A stretch of 64,000 nt of DNA from a virus: the IMG/VR virus record IMGVR_UViG_3300021378_000019, positions 4,182 to 68,181 of that record. One strand, 5' to 3'. How positions within the stretch are numbered: the first letter of the stretch is position 1; each line of letters opens with the position of its first letter. The notes below the pieces were generated by a model. It did not search any database, was not told the origin of the DNA, and saw nothing but the letters and a program-made list of their open reading frames with translations. The translations under genes were made by a program, and so were the position numbers. Shown here in pieces: positions 28,723 to 36,758 of the stretch.

Positions 28723-28730
28723 TATAAATA
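28723..28730 (+). promoter_or_regulatory. T4-type late promoter TATAAATA
   Basis: Exact octamer ~45 nt upstream of the gp22 ATG at 28775. Confidence 0.6.
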
Positions 28731-28774
28731 GAAATGTATAATAAATGAAATCCACAATAAAAGGAGAAGAACAC

Positions 28775-29722
28775 ATGGCAAATGACCTAGAAGAAAAGTT
28801 CGTTGCTGATGATGGTGTATCCACAGTTCCTGGTACTGTCACACCCGCAGGCGGCGCGTCAAAAAAGAAATTAGCAGATGTTGATAAGAAAGTAGATGCA
28901 AAGGCTGATAAGCTTGACAGCACTACTCCTGGTCAAACTGGGGTTGCTGAAGAAGTAGAAGAAGAAATCTCTATTGAAGAGTCTATTGCTTCTATTTTTG
29001 AAGGTATGGATCTTTCTGAAGACTTCAAAGGTAAGGTTACAATGGTATTTGAAGCTGCAGTAAATGAAGCTGCTGCAGAAAAAACAAATGCTATTACATC
29101 AGAGCTTGAAGAAGAATTTGAAAAGCAGCTTAACGATTCAATCGACGAAGCTATGGAAGAGATCGTAGAAAACCTCGACTCATATCTCGACTACGTAGTC
29201 AATGAGTGGCTTCAGGAAAATGAAGTTGCTATCGAAACTGGCATCAAAGTTGAAATGGCAGAGTCTCTTATGGGAGGTCTCAAGGAACTCTTCGCAGAGC
29301 ATAATATCGAAATTGATGAAGAAACAATCGATGTAGTTGCTGGACTTGAAGAAGAAATTGCTGAACTCAAGGGCGAGATCAACAAGACAATCCATGAAAA
29401 TATCGAACTTTCAAATGCTGTACATTTTCTTGAAGCAGAAAAAGTATTTGAAGAAATGACTGAAGGTCTTACAGTTTCTCAACGTGAGCGCCTTAGAACA
29501 CTTTCAGAAAATCTAGATGTAAAAGATCTTGATTCTTATGCTTCAAATCTTGAAACTCTCAAGGAATCTTTCTTCAAGAAGTCTAAGCCTTCTTTGAACG
29601 AGAGTACCTACGAGGATGAAGATGAAATCATTACTGAAGAAGAAATCAAGAAGCCTTCTTCTAATTATGCAACTGTAAACGCACTAGTTGAAGCACTCGA
29701 TGCACGTAGCTCCAAGAAGTGA
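28775..29722 (+). CDS. gp22: prohead scaffold protein gp22
   Basis: Acidic, Glu-rich coiled-coil protein directly before the major capsid gene. AAAGGAGAAGAACACATG favours the ATG at 28775 over the listed 28745. Confidence 0.7.
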   Translation: MANDLEEKFVADDGVSTVPGTVTPAGGASKKKLADVDKKVDAKADKLDSTTPGQTGVAEEVEEEISIEESIASIFEGMDLSEDFKGKVTMVFEAAVNEAAAEKTNAITSELEEEFEKQLNDSIDEAMEEIVENLDSYLDYVVNEWLQENEVAIETGIKVEMAESLMGGLKELFAEHNIEIDEETIDVVAGLEEEIAELKGEINKTIHENIELSNAVHFLEAEKVFEEMTEGLTVSQRERLRTLSENLDVKDLDSYASNLETLKESFFKKSKPSLNESTYEDEDEIITEEEIKKPSSNYATVNALVEALDARSSKK

Positions 29723-29734
29723 AAAAACACATTT

Positions 29735-29742
29735 TATAAATA
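29735..29742 (+). promoter_or_regulatory. T4-type late promoter TATAAATA
   Basis: Exact octamer 35 nt upstream of the gp23 ATG. GGAGATAGACAAT RBS follows. Confidence 0.65.
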
Positions 29743-29777
29743 AATCCATATAACAACAACCATAGGAGATAGACAAT

Positions 29778-31118
29778 ATGACAAAGTCAAACTATCAAGC
29801 TTTGGTCGAAAAGTGGGGTCCCGTACTCGAGCACACTTCTTTCGACCCAATTAAGGATCAGCATAGAAAAGCAGTTACTGCTACGATTCTTGAAAATACT
29901 GAGAGAGCACTTGCTGAATCTGGCGATCAGTCAGTTTCTATGAGTTCACTTCTCATGGAAACACCGACGAACGCAGCAGGCACAGGCGGCTATGGCGGTA
30001 CTGCAGCTGCAGGCGGCCCAGTTGCTGGTTACGATCCAGTACTTATCAGCCTCGTACGTCGTGCAATGCCAAACCTAATCGCATACGATATTGCTGGTGT
30101 TCAGCCAATGACTGGTCCAACCGGTCTTATCTTTGCAATGCGTTCGCGTTACACATCCCAGACTGGTGCTGAAGCATTCTATAATGAAGCAGATACAGAC
30201 TTCTCCGGCACAGGTACTCACACAGGTACTATGCCAGTGGATGATGTTGCTAATACAACACAGATCAGCACAGGCACAGGAATGTCCACTTCAGTTGCTG
30301 AATCTCTTGGTGCAGATGGTGCAAATACTTTCGCAGAGATGGCATTCTCTATCGAAAAAGTTACTGTAGCTGCTAAAAGCCGCGCGCTAAAAGCAGAATA
30401 CACGACTGAACTTGCGCAGGATCTAAAAGCTGTTCACGGTCTTGACGCAGAGACAGAACTTGCAAATATCCTACAGTCTGAAATCCTTGTAGAAATCAAC
30501 CGCGAACTCGTTCGTACGATCTATACAAATGCTGTAACTGGTGCTGCAAACACAGCTTCAGCTGGCGTGTTCGACATGGATGTTGACGCAAACGGTCGTT
30601 GGTCAGTTGAGAAGTTCAAGGGTCTGATGTTCCAAATCGAGCAAGAAGCTAACGCGATTGCAAAAGACACCAGACGTGGTAAGGGTAACATCGTTATCTG
30701 TTCTTCTGATGTAGCATCCGCTCTTCAGATGGCAGGTGTTCTCGATTACACTCCAGCACTGAACGCAAACGCACTGAACATTGACGATACAGGTAATACC
30801 TTCGCGGGTGTACTGAATGGTCGCTTCCGCGTATACATCGATCCATATGCAGCAGGTAACTACCTGGTGGTTGGTTATAAGGGTTCCAGCGCATTCGATG
30901 CAGGCCTCTTCTACTGCCCATACGTTCCACTGCAGATGTACCGCGCAGTTGGTGAGAATAGCTTCCAGCCAAAAATCGGCTTCAAAACCCGTTACGGCAT
31001 GGTTGCTAACCCATTCGCTGAAGGTGGTATCAACTCTGGTGTTTCGACTACACTCGGTCGTCTTCAAACCAACACAAACAAGTACTACCGTAGAGTTCGT
31101 ATCAGCAACCTCTTCTAA
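29778..31118 (+). CDS. gp23: major capsid protein gp23
   Basis: VRRAMPNLIAYDIAGVQPMTGPTGLIFAMR, KSRALKAEYTTELAQDLKAVHGLDAE and FQPKIGFKTRYGMVANPFAE align to T4 gp23 equivalents. Confidence 0.95.
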   Translation: MTKSNYQALVEKWGPVLEHTSFDPIKDQHRKAVTATILENTERALAESGDQSVSMSSLLMETPTNAAGTGGYGGTAAAGGPVAGYDPVLISLVRRAMPNLIAYDIAGVQPMTGPTGLIFAMRSRYTSQTGAEAFYNEADTDFSGTGTHTGTMPVDDVANTTQISTGTGMSTSVAESLGADGANTFAEMAFSIEKVTVAAKSRALKAEYTTELAQDLKAVHGLDAETELANILQSEILVEINRELVRTIYTNAVTGAANTASAGVFDMDVDANGRWSVEKFKGLMFQIEQEANAIAKDTRRGKGNIVICSSDVASALQMAGVLDYTPALNANALNIDDTGNTFAGVLNGRFRVYIDPYAAGNYLVVGYKGSSAFDAGLFYCPYVPLQMYRAVGENSFQPKIGFKTRYGMVANPFAEGGINSGVSTTLGRLQTNTNKYYRRVRISNLF

Positions 31119-31152
31119 TAATAAGAACTCGGCTAACGAGTCAAAGACTAAA

Positions 31153-31179
31153 GGCGGAACTTCGGTTCCGCCTTTTTTT
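31153..31179 (+). terminator. rho-independent terminator after gp23
   Basis: GGCGGAAC-TTCG-GTTCCGCC stem-loop (8-bp GC-rich stem, UUCG tetraloop) followed by T7. Confidence 0.85.
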
Positions 31180-31210
31180 ATGTTCTGATATATGTAGCAG
31201 TTGATCTAGT

Positions 31211-31278
31211 GGCCACCAGTAACCACGATCGATTAGATTAGGTAACCTACCAACATTTCATAGTGGTTACTGGTGGAC
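31211..31278. repeat. long inverted repeat GGCCACCAGTAACCAC...GTGGTTACTGGTGGAC in the convergent-transcription junction, with GGTAACC/GGTTAC motif copies
   Basis: 16-nt arms with one mismatch (14-bp perfect stem 31213-31226/31263-31276), 36-nt spacer containing palindromic GGTAACC. Further GGTTAC copy at ~31282. Confidence 0.6.
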
Positions 31279-31284
31279 AACTGG

Positions 31285-31545
31285 TTACACCATACCAAGA
31301 GCAGTTGTGTACATTTCAAGTAGTGCTTCTTCGTTTGCGATATCATCACGGTTACGCTTACGTATGTTAATTACCTTACGAAGAATCTTAGTGTCGTATC
31401 CACTACCTTTTGCTTCTTGCATAACTTCTTTTTGAGCGTCGGCAATGTCTTGCTTTTCAGTTTGAAGCCGTTCCCAGCGTTCAATAAAGGCACGCAGTTC
31501 ATCGGGTACTACACCGTATGTAGTATCATTTGTAGTATCGTTCAT
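31285..31545 (-). CDS. GapR-like (DUF2312) nucleoid-associated DNA-binding protein
   Basis: LRAFIERWERLQTEKQDIADAQKEVMQEAKGSGYDTKILRKVINIRKRNRDD matches the GapR/DUF2312 core (FIERIERLEEEK...KEVYAEAKGNGFD.KALR.IIRLRKQD). Confidence 0.7.
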   Translation of the reverse strand: MNDTTNDTTYGVVPDELRAFIERWERLQTEKQDIADAQKEVMQEAKGSGYDTKILRKVINIRKRNRDDIANEEALLEMYTTALGMV

Positions 31546-31952
31546 TATAATTTTCCTTCTTTTCTTAGTTGTTTGCGAATTTTTGTTGCACTAATATTGT
31601 GGATGGTTTCTCCAAGATCGTGTTCTGTAAACGTATATCCAACGCCACGACCATAACTGATATCTACGATATTGGGCACACATAAAATTAGATATTCGTG
31701 ACCATTTTCATAACCCTCTTTACGAAGAGCTTCTTCAATGTTTTGAATTACATCAATTTCCCCAAAGGGATTATCATTTTGATTTGCAGTTCTTCCAGCA
31801 CCAGCATCACCATCAAATTTATAGACGTCTCGTACCATAATACATACTTGGCCTGTAGTCTCAAAAGCCTTTTTGAAAAGAGCCGTATGTCCATCATGCC
31901 ATGGTTGCCAACGCCCGAGCATTTGAACTGTTGGCTTTTTCCAATCAAACAT
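31545..31952 (-). CDS. NadM-type nucleotidyltransferase (NMN adenylyltransferase-like)
   Basis: GRWQPWHDGH compares with archaeal NMNAT GRFQPFHKGH. A downstream NPF motif and C-terminal ISATKIR (SxTxIR) are present. Confidence 0.55.
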   Translation of the reverse strand: MFDWKKPTVQMLGRWQPWHDGHTALFKKAFETTGQVCIMVRDVYKFDGDAGAGRTANQNDNPFGEIDVIQNIEEALRKEGYENGHEYLILCVPNIVDISYGRGVGYTFTEHDLGETIHNISATKIRKQLRKEGKL

Positions 31953-32368
31953 TATGCGTGTACTCCTGCTATTTTGTTTACGACTGAAACAATTTCATCA
32001 TCGTTCAAAAACTTTTCAATTACTAAATCTGCGTGTGAAGGAGTCTCGAATAAATGATTTGTATCCTCATATTGACTATGTTGAATTGTATTCATCCAAA
32101 TTGTAAAGTCTGCTTCAAAAATATGACGATGTAAAGCAGTAGGACAAATAAAGTCGCAAATTACTGTAGAACCTTGAGCCTTTTCATAATCAGCTAGATT
32201 CATCATGCGTCTTGCCTGGCGAATACGACCTTTTTCAGAAAATTCCCAGTCGTTTGCCATTTGCCTAACTGCATCTGCGTTGAACCATGCGCAGTCTAAG
32301 TATTTTTGCAGTCTTTCTGCCAAATACGTCTTACCAGAACCTGGCAAACCCATTATAAGTACTTTCAT
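31952..32368 (-). CDS. P-loop kinase (Walker A GLPGSGKT); candidate ribosylnicotinamide/nucleoside kinase partner of the adjacent NMNAT
   Basis: VLIMGLPGSGKTYLAERL Walker A. Small AAA_33/APS-kinase-like fold size. Start ATGA-overlaps the NMNAT gene. Confidence 0.5.
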   Translation of the reverse strand: MKVLIMGLPGSGKTYLAERLQKYLDCAWFNADAVRQMANDWEFSEKGRIRQARRMMNLADYEKAQGSTVICDFICPTALHRHIFEADFTIWMNTIQHSQYEDTNHLFETPSHADLVIEKFLNDDEIVSVVNKIAGVHA

Positions 32369-32371
32369 ATT

Positions 32372-32719
32372 TTACTCCTCTTTATCAAAGATTTTTTGAA
32401 AAATCACAGCCATTACGAGTACTGTGCCTTGCAAAACTACAATACCAGCAAAAAACGGATACCCAATATTGAAGAGTTGAACACCAGTAATAATGGTAGC
32501 AAATTGCATCAAGAATCTATAACCAAATTCTTTATGCTTTTTTTGTTCAAGCTTTTCAATTTCAAAGTTTGGTGTGAGTGCAGCAGATACGCCTAAAACA
32601 AATATGAAAGTACTAATAACTATATGAAAAACACTTGGCACTAAGAACCATAAAATTCCAGTATATTGTACACCAAATACTCCTATAATATGGACGATAG
32701 TCCAAAAAAGATATCCCAT
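32372..32719 (-). CDS. small integral membrane protein (3-4 predicted TM helices)
   Basis: Hydrophobic segments WTIVHIIGVFGV, ILWFLVPSVFHIVISTFIFVLGV, FATIITGVQLF and FAGIVVLQGTVLVMAVIF. AGGAG RBS. Confidence 0.55.
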   Translation of the reverse strand: MGYLFWTIVHIIGVFGVQYTGILWFLVPSVFHIVISTFIFVLGVSAALTPNFEIEKLEQKKHKEFGYRFLMQFATIITGVQLFNIGYPFFAGIVVLQGTVLVMAVIFQKIFDKEE

Positions 32720-32729
32720 TTTATCTCCT

Positions 32730-32761
32730 AAAAGTGATATGGCAGCTTACGCCGCCATATC
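32730..32761 (-). terminator. intrinsic terminator-like hairpin after the DUF932 gene (partial read-through into membrane-protein gene)
   Basis: Minus-strand RNA GGAUAUGGCGGC-GUAA-GCUGCCAUAUC followed by ACUUUUAGGAG. Stem includes the TAA stop of 32747..33697. Confidence 0.45.
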
Positions 32762-33697
32762 CAGTGCCAAATTAAGAGCATCTACCTTGCGCTTTGCGTT
32801 TCCACCAAACCAAGCAGAAGTCATGCGAGTATCATCACTGCGTCCTAGCTCGTGATCAGTGAGATAGGTAACCGCGTTGTAAACATTCCACCAGCTGCCT
32901 GGCTTGAAGTCTGCACCAGGAGATGTTTCAACTAGTTCAACTGCTCGTTCTGCAGTACGAGAAAGATCTTTATCTTCCTTAGATGAAAGACCGAAGACCT
33001 TACCGAAGTATTGTTGAAGATCATTTTTGATGTAGCTTTTTGAACCAAGAAACTCTGCAGCTTCCTTAAAGTTCTCAACGCGGCTGTGAGACAAGCCAAG
33101 GATTTCTTTTACACGATCTGCGTTGAACTCTGCGCGGTGGTTTACGCGAACAGACGGTTGGCCTTTTTCAGTCAGTGCAATCGAAAGAGTATTATTGCAT
33201 ACTACTCGTTCAAGAACAAACTTGACGTCGATAGACTTGCCATACATATGAGGATTAGAAAAAAGAAGATAACCGCGAACCTCGTCACCGCCAAAAAGTT
33301 CAAAGCCGTCGCGAACATCTGCGAGAGCCCAAACGATGCGCCCATCCTTAAGAGAACCAGCGGTATCCATTACCATATCGCCGTTTGCGACGAAGTCAGT
33401 AAAGAATTCAAACGCGTCGCGGTTTTGAACAGGGTTCCAGCCCTTGCCAACTTGAGACAAGATTTTTCCGTCAGTCGAACGAACAAGCGATTGCTGACCT
33501 GTAGAGATACGTTTACCATTGAAGTCGATAAAGGAATCTACCTTTTCAACTTCCCAATCGACTCCAGCGACCTGCATCATTTCGAGAGGAGTCATGTCGT
33601 CAGAAACCGGATTACCAAGGCGATGCCAAGGTTTTCCCTGCGATGCGCGGTATGCCATTTGAGCTTCACCGTTGATCATTTCAAGTTCGTGTGCCAT
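32747..33697 (-). CDS. DUF932 (phage/plasmid-like) protein
   Basis: 316 aa. N-term MAHELEMINGEAQMAYRASQGKPWHRLGNPV...TPLEMMQVAGVDWEVEKV matches the remembered DUF932 N-terminal signature (..aWHglG...L...G.dw.v). Confidence 0.55.
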   Translation of the reverse strand: MAHELEMINGEAQMAYRASQGKPWHRLGNPVSDDMTPLEMMQVAGVDWEVEKVDSFIDFNGKRISTGQQSLVRSTDGKILSQVGKGWNPVQNRDAFEFFTDFVANGDMVMDTAGSLKDGRIVWALADVRDGFELFGGDEVRGYLLFSNPHMYGKSIDVKFVLERVVCNNTLSIALTEKGQPSVRVNHRAEFNADRVKEILGLSHSRVENFKEAAEFLGSKSYIKNDLQQYFGKVFGLSSKEDKDLSRTAERAVELVETSPGADFKPGSWWNVYNAVTYLTDHELGRSDDTRMTSAWFGGNAKRKVDALNLALDMAA

Positions 33698-33736
33698 GAT
33701 GTAGTTCCTTTTCAGTTTGATTTACCTTATAGAATC

Positions 33737-33765
33737 ATAATATATTATGGTTCTCAGTTTGTCAA
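33737..33765 (-). promoter_or_regulatory. sigma70-like promoter P1 (TTGACA-N17-TATTAT)
   Basis: Minus-strand read GTTGACAAACTGAGAACCATAATATATTAT. Sits ~40 nt upstream of the ATG at 33697. Confidence 0.55.
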
Positions 33766-34134
33766 CTCATTTTTTAAATTCATTTCAACTTCTTCAAACA
33801 TTTTTCCAGGAGTCGCAAAGAACCAAGCTTTTCCATCCCAAAGGTACGTGTATTCTGCGCCGTAGTAGTCGTAGCCATTTTTCATAAATTGCACTACAGA
33901 CTCATAAGGAATTGCGATCTCATTATGAACAGACTCTTGGCGAGTTTTTGCATAATCAGAATAAAGCCCAGACATGTAACCGCCACGAGCAACGATTTCC
34001 GCGTCGTACTGTGTGTTATAGTGCTCAACAAGCATGCGACCAACGCCTTCAAGATATCCATCATAGTGACAGTAAGAAGCAGTAACTGAGTCATCTTTTG
34101 CATTGTAAATGCCGATCATCGCGTGAGTACCCAT
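33754..34134 (-). CDS. hypothetical early protein
   Basis: ORF with GGAAAAGGAA RBS. Driven by P2. Confidence 0.6.
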   Translation of the reverse strand: MGTHAMIGIYNAKDDSVTASYCHYDGYLEGVGRMLVEHYNTQYDAEIVARGGYMSGLYSDYAKTRQESVHNEIAIPYESVVQFMKNGYDYYGAEYTYLWDGKAWFFATPGKMFEEVEMNLKNELTN

Positions 34135-34164
34135 AGTATATTCCTTTTCCCTTTTGATATTATT

Positions 34165-34193
34165 AGAGTATACTGATTCGGAACAAATGTCAA
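34165..34193 (-). promoter_or_regulatory. sigma70-like promoter P2, member of conserved ~40-bp family (TTGACATTTGTTCCGAATCAGTA-TACTCT)
   Basis: TTGACA -35 plus conserved spacer TTTGTTCCGAATCAGTA. -10 is weaker here. Confidence 0.55.
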
Positions 34194-34196
34194 CAC

Positions 34197-34505
34197 CTAA
34201 TGCACTTTATTTGAAACCATTTCAATGTTGTCCATCAGACTGTGAACGTGGTCTCCATAACCAGCTTTGATCAAATCTACAACATGCACATATCTGCCGT
34301 CTGCTTCAATTGGCGCTATGAAGTATTGTTCTTCGCTCATGTCCGTGCCGCTCTTTGCAAATTTGAGTGCAGACTCTTCATCTTTAAAGGAGTAAGCCTT
34401 TATGATATCAGCCGCATCATTTTTTGCAAAAATAACATACTTGAGATAGGTGCCTAAAAATACACCCATTTCTTTGTTTATAAGGAGATACCGAGTGCTC
34501 ATCAA
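34197..34505 (-). CDS. hypothetical early protein
   Basis: ORF abutting neighbours, co-directional. Confidence 0.55.
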   Translation of the reverse strand: MMSTRYLLINKEMGVFLGTYLKYVIFAKNDAADIIKAYSFKDEESALKFAKSGTDMSEEQYFIAPIEADGRYVHVVDLIKAGYGDHVHSLMDNIEMVSNKVH

Positions 34506-34705
34506 AGACCGTAGTCGTAGCGAGGATTATTAGGATCGGTTTGAGCTGATATGATCATTTCCATTTCAAGACGCTCAGCGTGTTCTTCTTGCAACTCTGC
34601 AATGTGAAGGATTTCTTCTTTTATAGTTTGAAGGTCGTGTCCAAAACGATCAGCACGGCGAAGAAGATTGCGGAGTTGTTTAGCAAATTCATATTGATCA
34701 ATCAT
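34502..34705 (-). CDS. hypothetical early protein
   Basis: ATGA overlap with downstream gene. Driven by P3. Confidence 0.55.
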   Translation of the reverse strand: MIDQYEFAKQLRNLLRRADRFGHDLQTIKEEILHIAELQEEHAERLEMEMIISAQTDPNNPRYDYGL

Positions 34706-34735
34706 TGCAGGTTCCTTTTTGTTTTACCTATTATG

Positions 34736-34764
34736 ATACTATACTGATTCTAAAGCTTTGTCAA
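34736..34764 (-). promoter_or_regulatory. sigma70-like promoter P3, conserved family (TTGACA-N17-TAGTAT)
   Basis: GTTGACAAAGCTTTAGAATCAGTATAGTATCATAATAGG on the minus strand. Overlaps the last codons and TAG stop of 34739..35314. Confidence 0.6.
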
Positions 34765-35314
34765 CTTTTTCAAACCATTCTGGAACATTTCGTTTTGACC
34801 AAACCATTTTGAATCGAGCTTGCTTAGTTTGATAGAATTTACGATATGAACCTACCACGTCGTTTGGAAACATGCACTCAGGATTTGATTGCATAGCAAG
34901 AGGCTGAGGTGTTAGATAACCAACTGGAATATTTTGCGGAAGACTTTGTAGAGTCTTTCTAAGTAGCTTGTCAGTAGAATGTACTTTTCCATAACGATAA
35001 GTGTACTCATCACAAAGTGCAGCAAAGTGTACCCAATGCCACGTATAGTTATTGTTTGATTGCATACTCCAAACTGTACACGGATGATGCATGTGTACTG
35101 CTTTATAGAGAGTACTTTCGCGCTTATCTGGAAGTTGCCAGTAACGAGACATCGTTTTACCAGATTTAGAAGGTCGTCGTTCTTCCGTGCCGTCAAGCAT
35201 ACGATGAGCAGTTGAAAGCATTTGCGCGCTTTCAACGATCATTTTTACCACGTGTTTATCGCACTGCAATTGCGCTGCTTTGACTGGGTCTTTATCAAGA
35301 ATGAATAAGTTCAT
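34739..35314 (-). CDS. hypothetical protein; weak N-terminal resemblance to the T4 endonuclease V / pyrimidine-dimer glycosylase family
   Basis: MNLFILDKDPVKAAQLQCDKHVVKMIVESAQ loosely resembles endoV [22 protein letters not shown] (L..D.H....E). Not conclusive. Confidence 0.55.
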   Translation of the reverse strand: MNLFILDKDPVKAAQLQCDKHVVKMIVESAQMLSTAHRMLDGTEERRPSKSGKTMSRYWQLPDKRESTLYKAVHMHHPCTVWSMQSNNNYTWHWVHFAALCDEYTYRYGKVHSTDKLLRKTLQSLPQNIPVGYLTPQPLAMQSNPECMFPNDVVGSYRKFYQTKQARFKMVWSKRNVPEWFEKVDKALESV

Positions 35315-35507
35315 ATTGTGTTTGTCCTACGCCAAGAATGCCGAGTTCTACTGATTTGATATGATTGCACTTGTAAGTCATACGCTTTTTGCAATTGCAC
35401 GAAAAGCCATCATTATGCATCTCAACTTCGCAACCTCTAAAGGGCCACACGGTGCCGATGAGATAATGACTTTCCGTATTGATTGACTTGGGAACTATCC
35501 GGTTCAT
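35295..35507 (-). CDS. SWIM-type zinc-finger protein (CxCx7CxH)
   Basis: FSCNCKKRMTYKCNHIKSV. Start taken at internal Met (MNRIVPK) abutting the upstream stop. The listed longer ORF overlaps the upstream gene by 125 nt. Confidence 0.45.
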   Translation of the reverse strand: MNRIVPKSINTESHYLIGTVWPFRGCEVEMHNDGFSCNCKKRMTYKCNHIKSVELGILGVGQTQYELIHS

Positions 35508-35508
35508 A

Positions 35509-35871
35509 TTAAGCTGCAAACCGCATTTTTGCCATACGCTCGTCACACTTGTAAAGCTTACCGTCTGTGGCAGACTTATAAACAAAAGGCATTTTCCAGT
35601 TGCGAGTTTTGTATTCAACAAGCTCATCGCCAACTTTGTTTTTCATTTTCAAACCGAGAGCGGCGACGCGAGTTTCGAGCACGGTGTCATTAAAGGTTTT
35701 TGCACCTTTAACTTTTGCTGTAACTTTGACTTCTACTTCAGCAGAACTAAAGCGCATGTTTCCGACTTCGATCTGGAGGTTTGAAGCAACACCGTACTTT
35801 TCAAGGACAGCTTGCATTTCAGCGCGGAGAGCTTTAAGATTTGCTTTGTCGAACTTGTTGAACTTAGTCAT
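35509..35871 (-). CDS. hypothetical early protein
   Basis: ORF 32 nt downstream of P4. Lys-rich. Confidence 0.6.
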   Translation of the reverse strand: MTKFNKFDKANLKALRAEMQAVLEKYGVASNLQIEVGNMRFSSAEVEVKVTAKVKGAKTFNDTVLETRVAALGLKMKNKVGDELVEYKTRNWKMPFVYKSATDGKLYKCDERMAKMRFAA

Positions 35872-35901
35872 GTTGTATTCCTTTTCATTTCTTATAATAA
35901 G

Positions 35902-35930
35902 ATACTATACTGATTCGGAATGAATGTCAA
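35902..35930 (-). promoter_or_regulatory. sigma70-like promoter P4, conserved family
   Basis: GTTGACATTCATTCCGAATCAGTATAGTATCTTATTATAAG on the minus strand. Confidence 0.6.
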
Positions 35931-35934
35931 CTGT

Positions 35935-36390
35935 TTATTGCATAAAATTTTGTATCAAAAAAGCTTTTTTGTCTTCGGCTTGCACATCTGGAATAGGATC
36001 AGCGCCCCAATGAAGAAGGCACTGCCTTTGGCGAAGCCGTTTTGTAATATTTCCGTTTCCATTTTTAAGTACTTGAGCGCCATGTCGAGCTACAAAGGAA
36101 CGCCAACGACCCATTTGAAACTTATCAACGCTTTCAATCCTACGGCCTTGAGAATATCTTACGTACCATTGGAACCAACCGAGAGGATCTTCTGGAGTAA
36201 TCCAACCATTTTTTATCCACAATTCTTTACTCGAGGAAACATTAGGTGCAAACAAGTTTTTTGTTCTAACAGTTGGTTTTTCTTGAAAGTCAGAGTATTC
36301 ACTGTAGTAAGAACCGTCGAATACTCCGAGTTCAAGCATTTCGTTTGGCGTAAACGTCGGTTGAAAAGTTGAAGTCATTATCATATCCAA
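35935..36390 (-). CDS. hypothetical early protein
   Basis: 151-aa ORF, Trp-rich. Confidence 0.6.
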   Translation of the reverse strand: MDMIMTSTFQPTFTPNEMLELGVFDGSYYSEYSDFQEKPTVRTKNLFAPNVSSSKELWIKNGWITPEDPLGWFQWYVRYSQGRRIESVDKFQMGRWRSFVARHGAQVLKNGNGNITKRLRQRQCLLHWGADPIPDVQAEDKKAFLIQNFMQ

Positions 36391-36395
36391 ATAGT

Positions 36396-36701
36396 TTATA
36401 TACGACCTGTAACGTGCTCAATTACTTCTTCAACTGTGTTAAAGTCTACAGAAGAAACATAATCACCATTTTCGTAATAGTTGATTGAAAATTCTGGAAG
36501 ATCGCATTCGCGAAGAGAAGGATCGCTGTAGTCAACATAGATCTGCCGATAAGTTTCAGAGTCTTCATATTTAGCAATGGATGGAGCTGTATCGTTACAG
36601 TATGTAGAGTCCTCGTAACCATATTGGGCAAGAGCATCAATCAAAGTATTTAACGCCGTGATGTTGTCGTAGTTAGCATGTGGTACAGAATTGATAGTCA
36701 T
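36396..36701 (-). CDS. hypothetical early protein
   Basis: Start moved to internal Met (MTINSVPH, AAGGAACC RBS). The listed start at 36758 would lie inside promoter P5. Confidence 0.5.
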   Translation of the reverse strand: MTINSVPHANYDNITALNTLIDALAQYGYEDSTYCNDTAPSIAKYEDSETYRQIYVDYSDPSLRECDLPEFSINYYENGDYVSSVDFNTVEEVIEHVTGRI

Positions 36702-36729
36702 GATAGGTTCCTTTGTTTTACCTATTATT

Positions 36730-36758
36730 AGAATATACTGATTCGGAACGAATGTCAA
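36730..36758 (-). promoter_or_regulatory. sigma70-like promoter P5, conserved family; -35 embedded in a 21-bp palindrome
   Basis: GTTGACATTCGTTCCGAATCAGTATATTCT on the minus strand. TCAACCCCC-ATT-GGGGGTTGA at 36755..36775 overlaps the -35 and the stop of 36755..37015. Confidence 0.55.

Noticed and set aside
31205-31285. Possible tRNA gene in the 165-bp gap after gp23. T4-like phages often carry tRNAs, and the inverted repeat could be an acceptor stem with encoded CCA on the minus strand.
   Set aside because: Folding the minus-strand sequence gives a 14-bp 'acceptor' stem. There is no GG in a D-loop and no UUCGA/GUUCRANUC T-loop. The anticodon loop would have A at position 33. It does not fit a cloverleaf.
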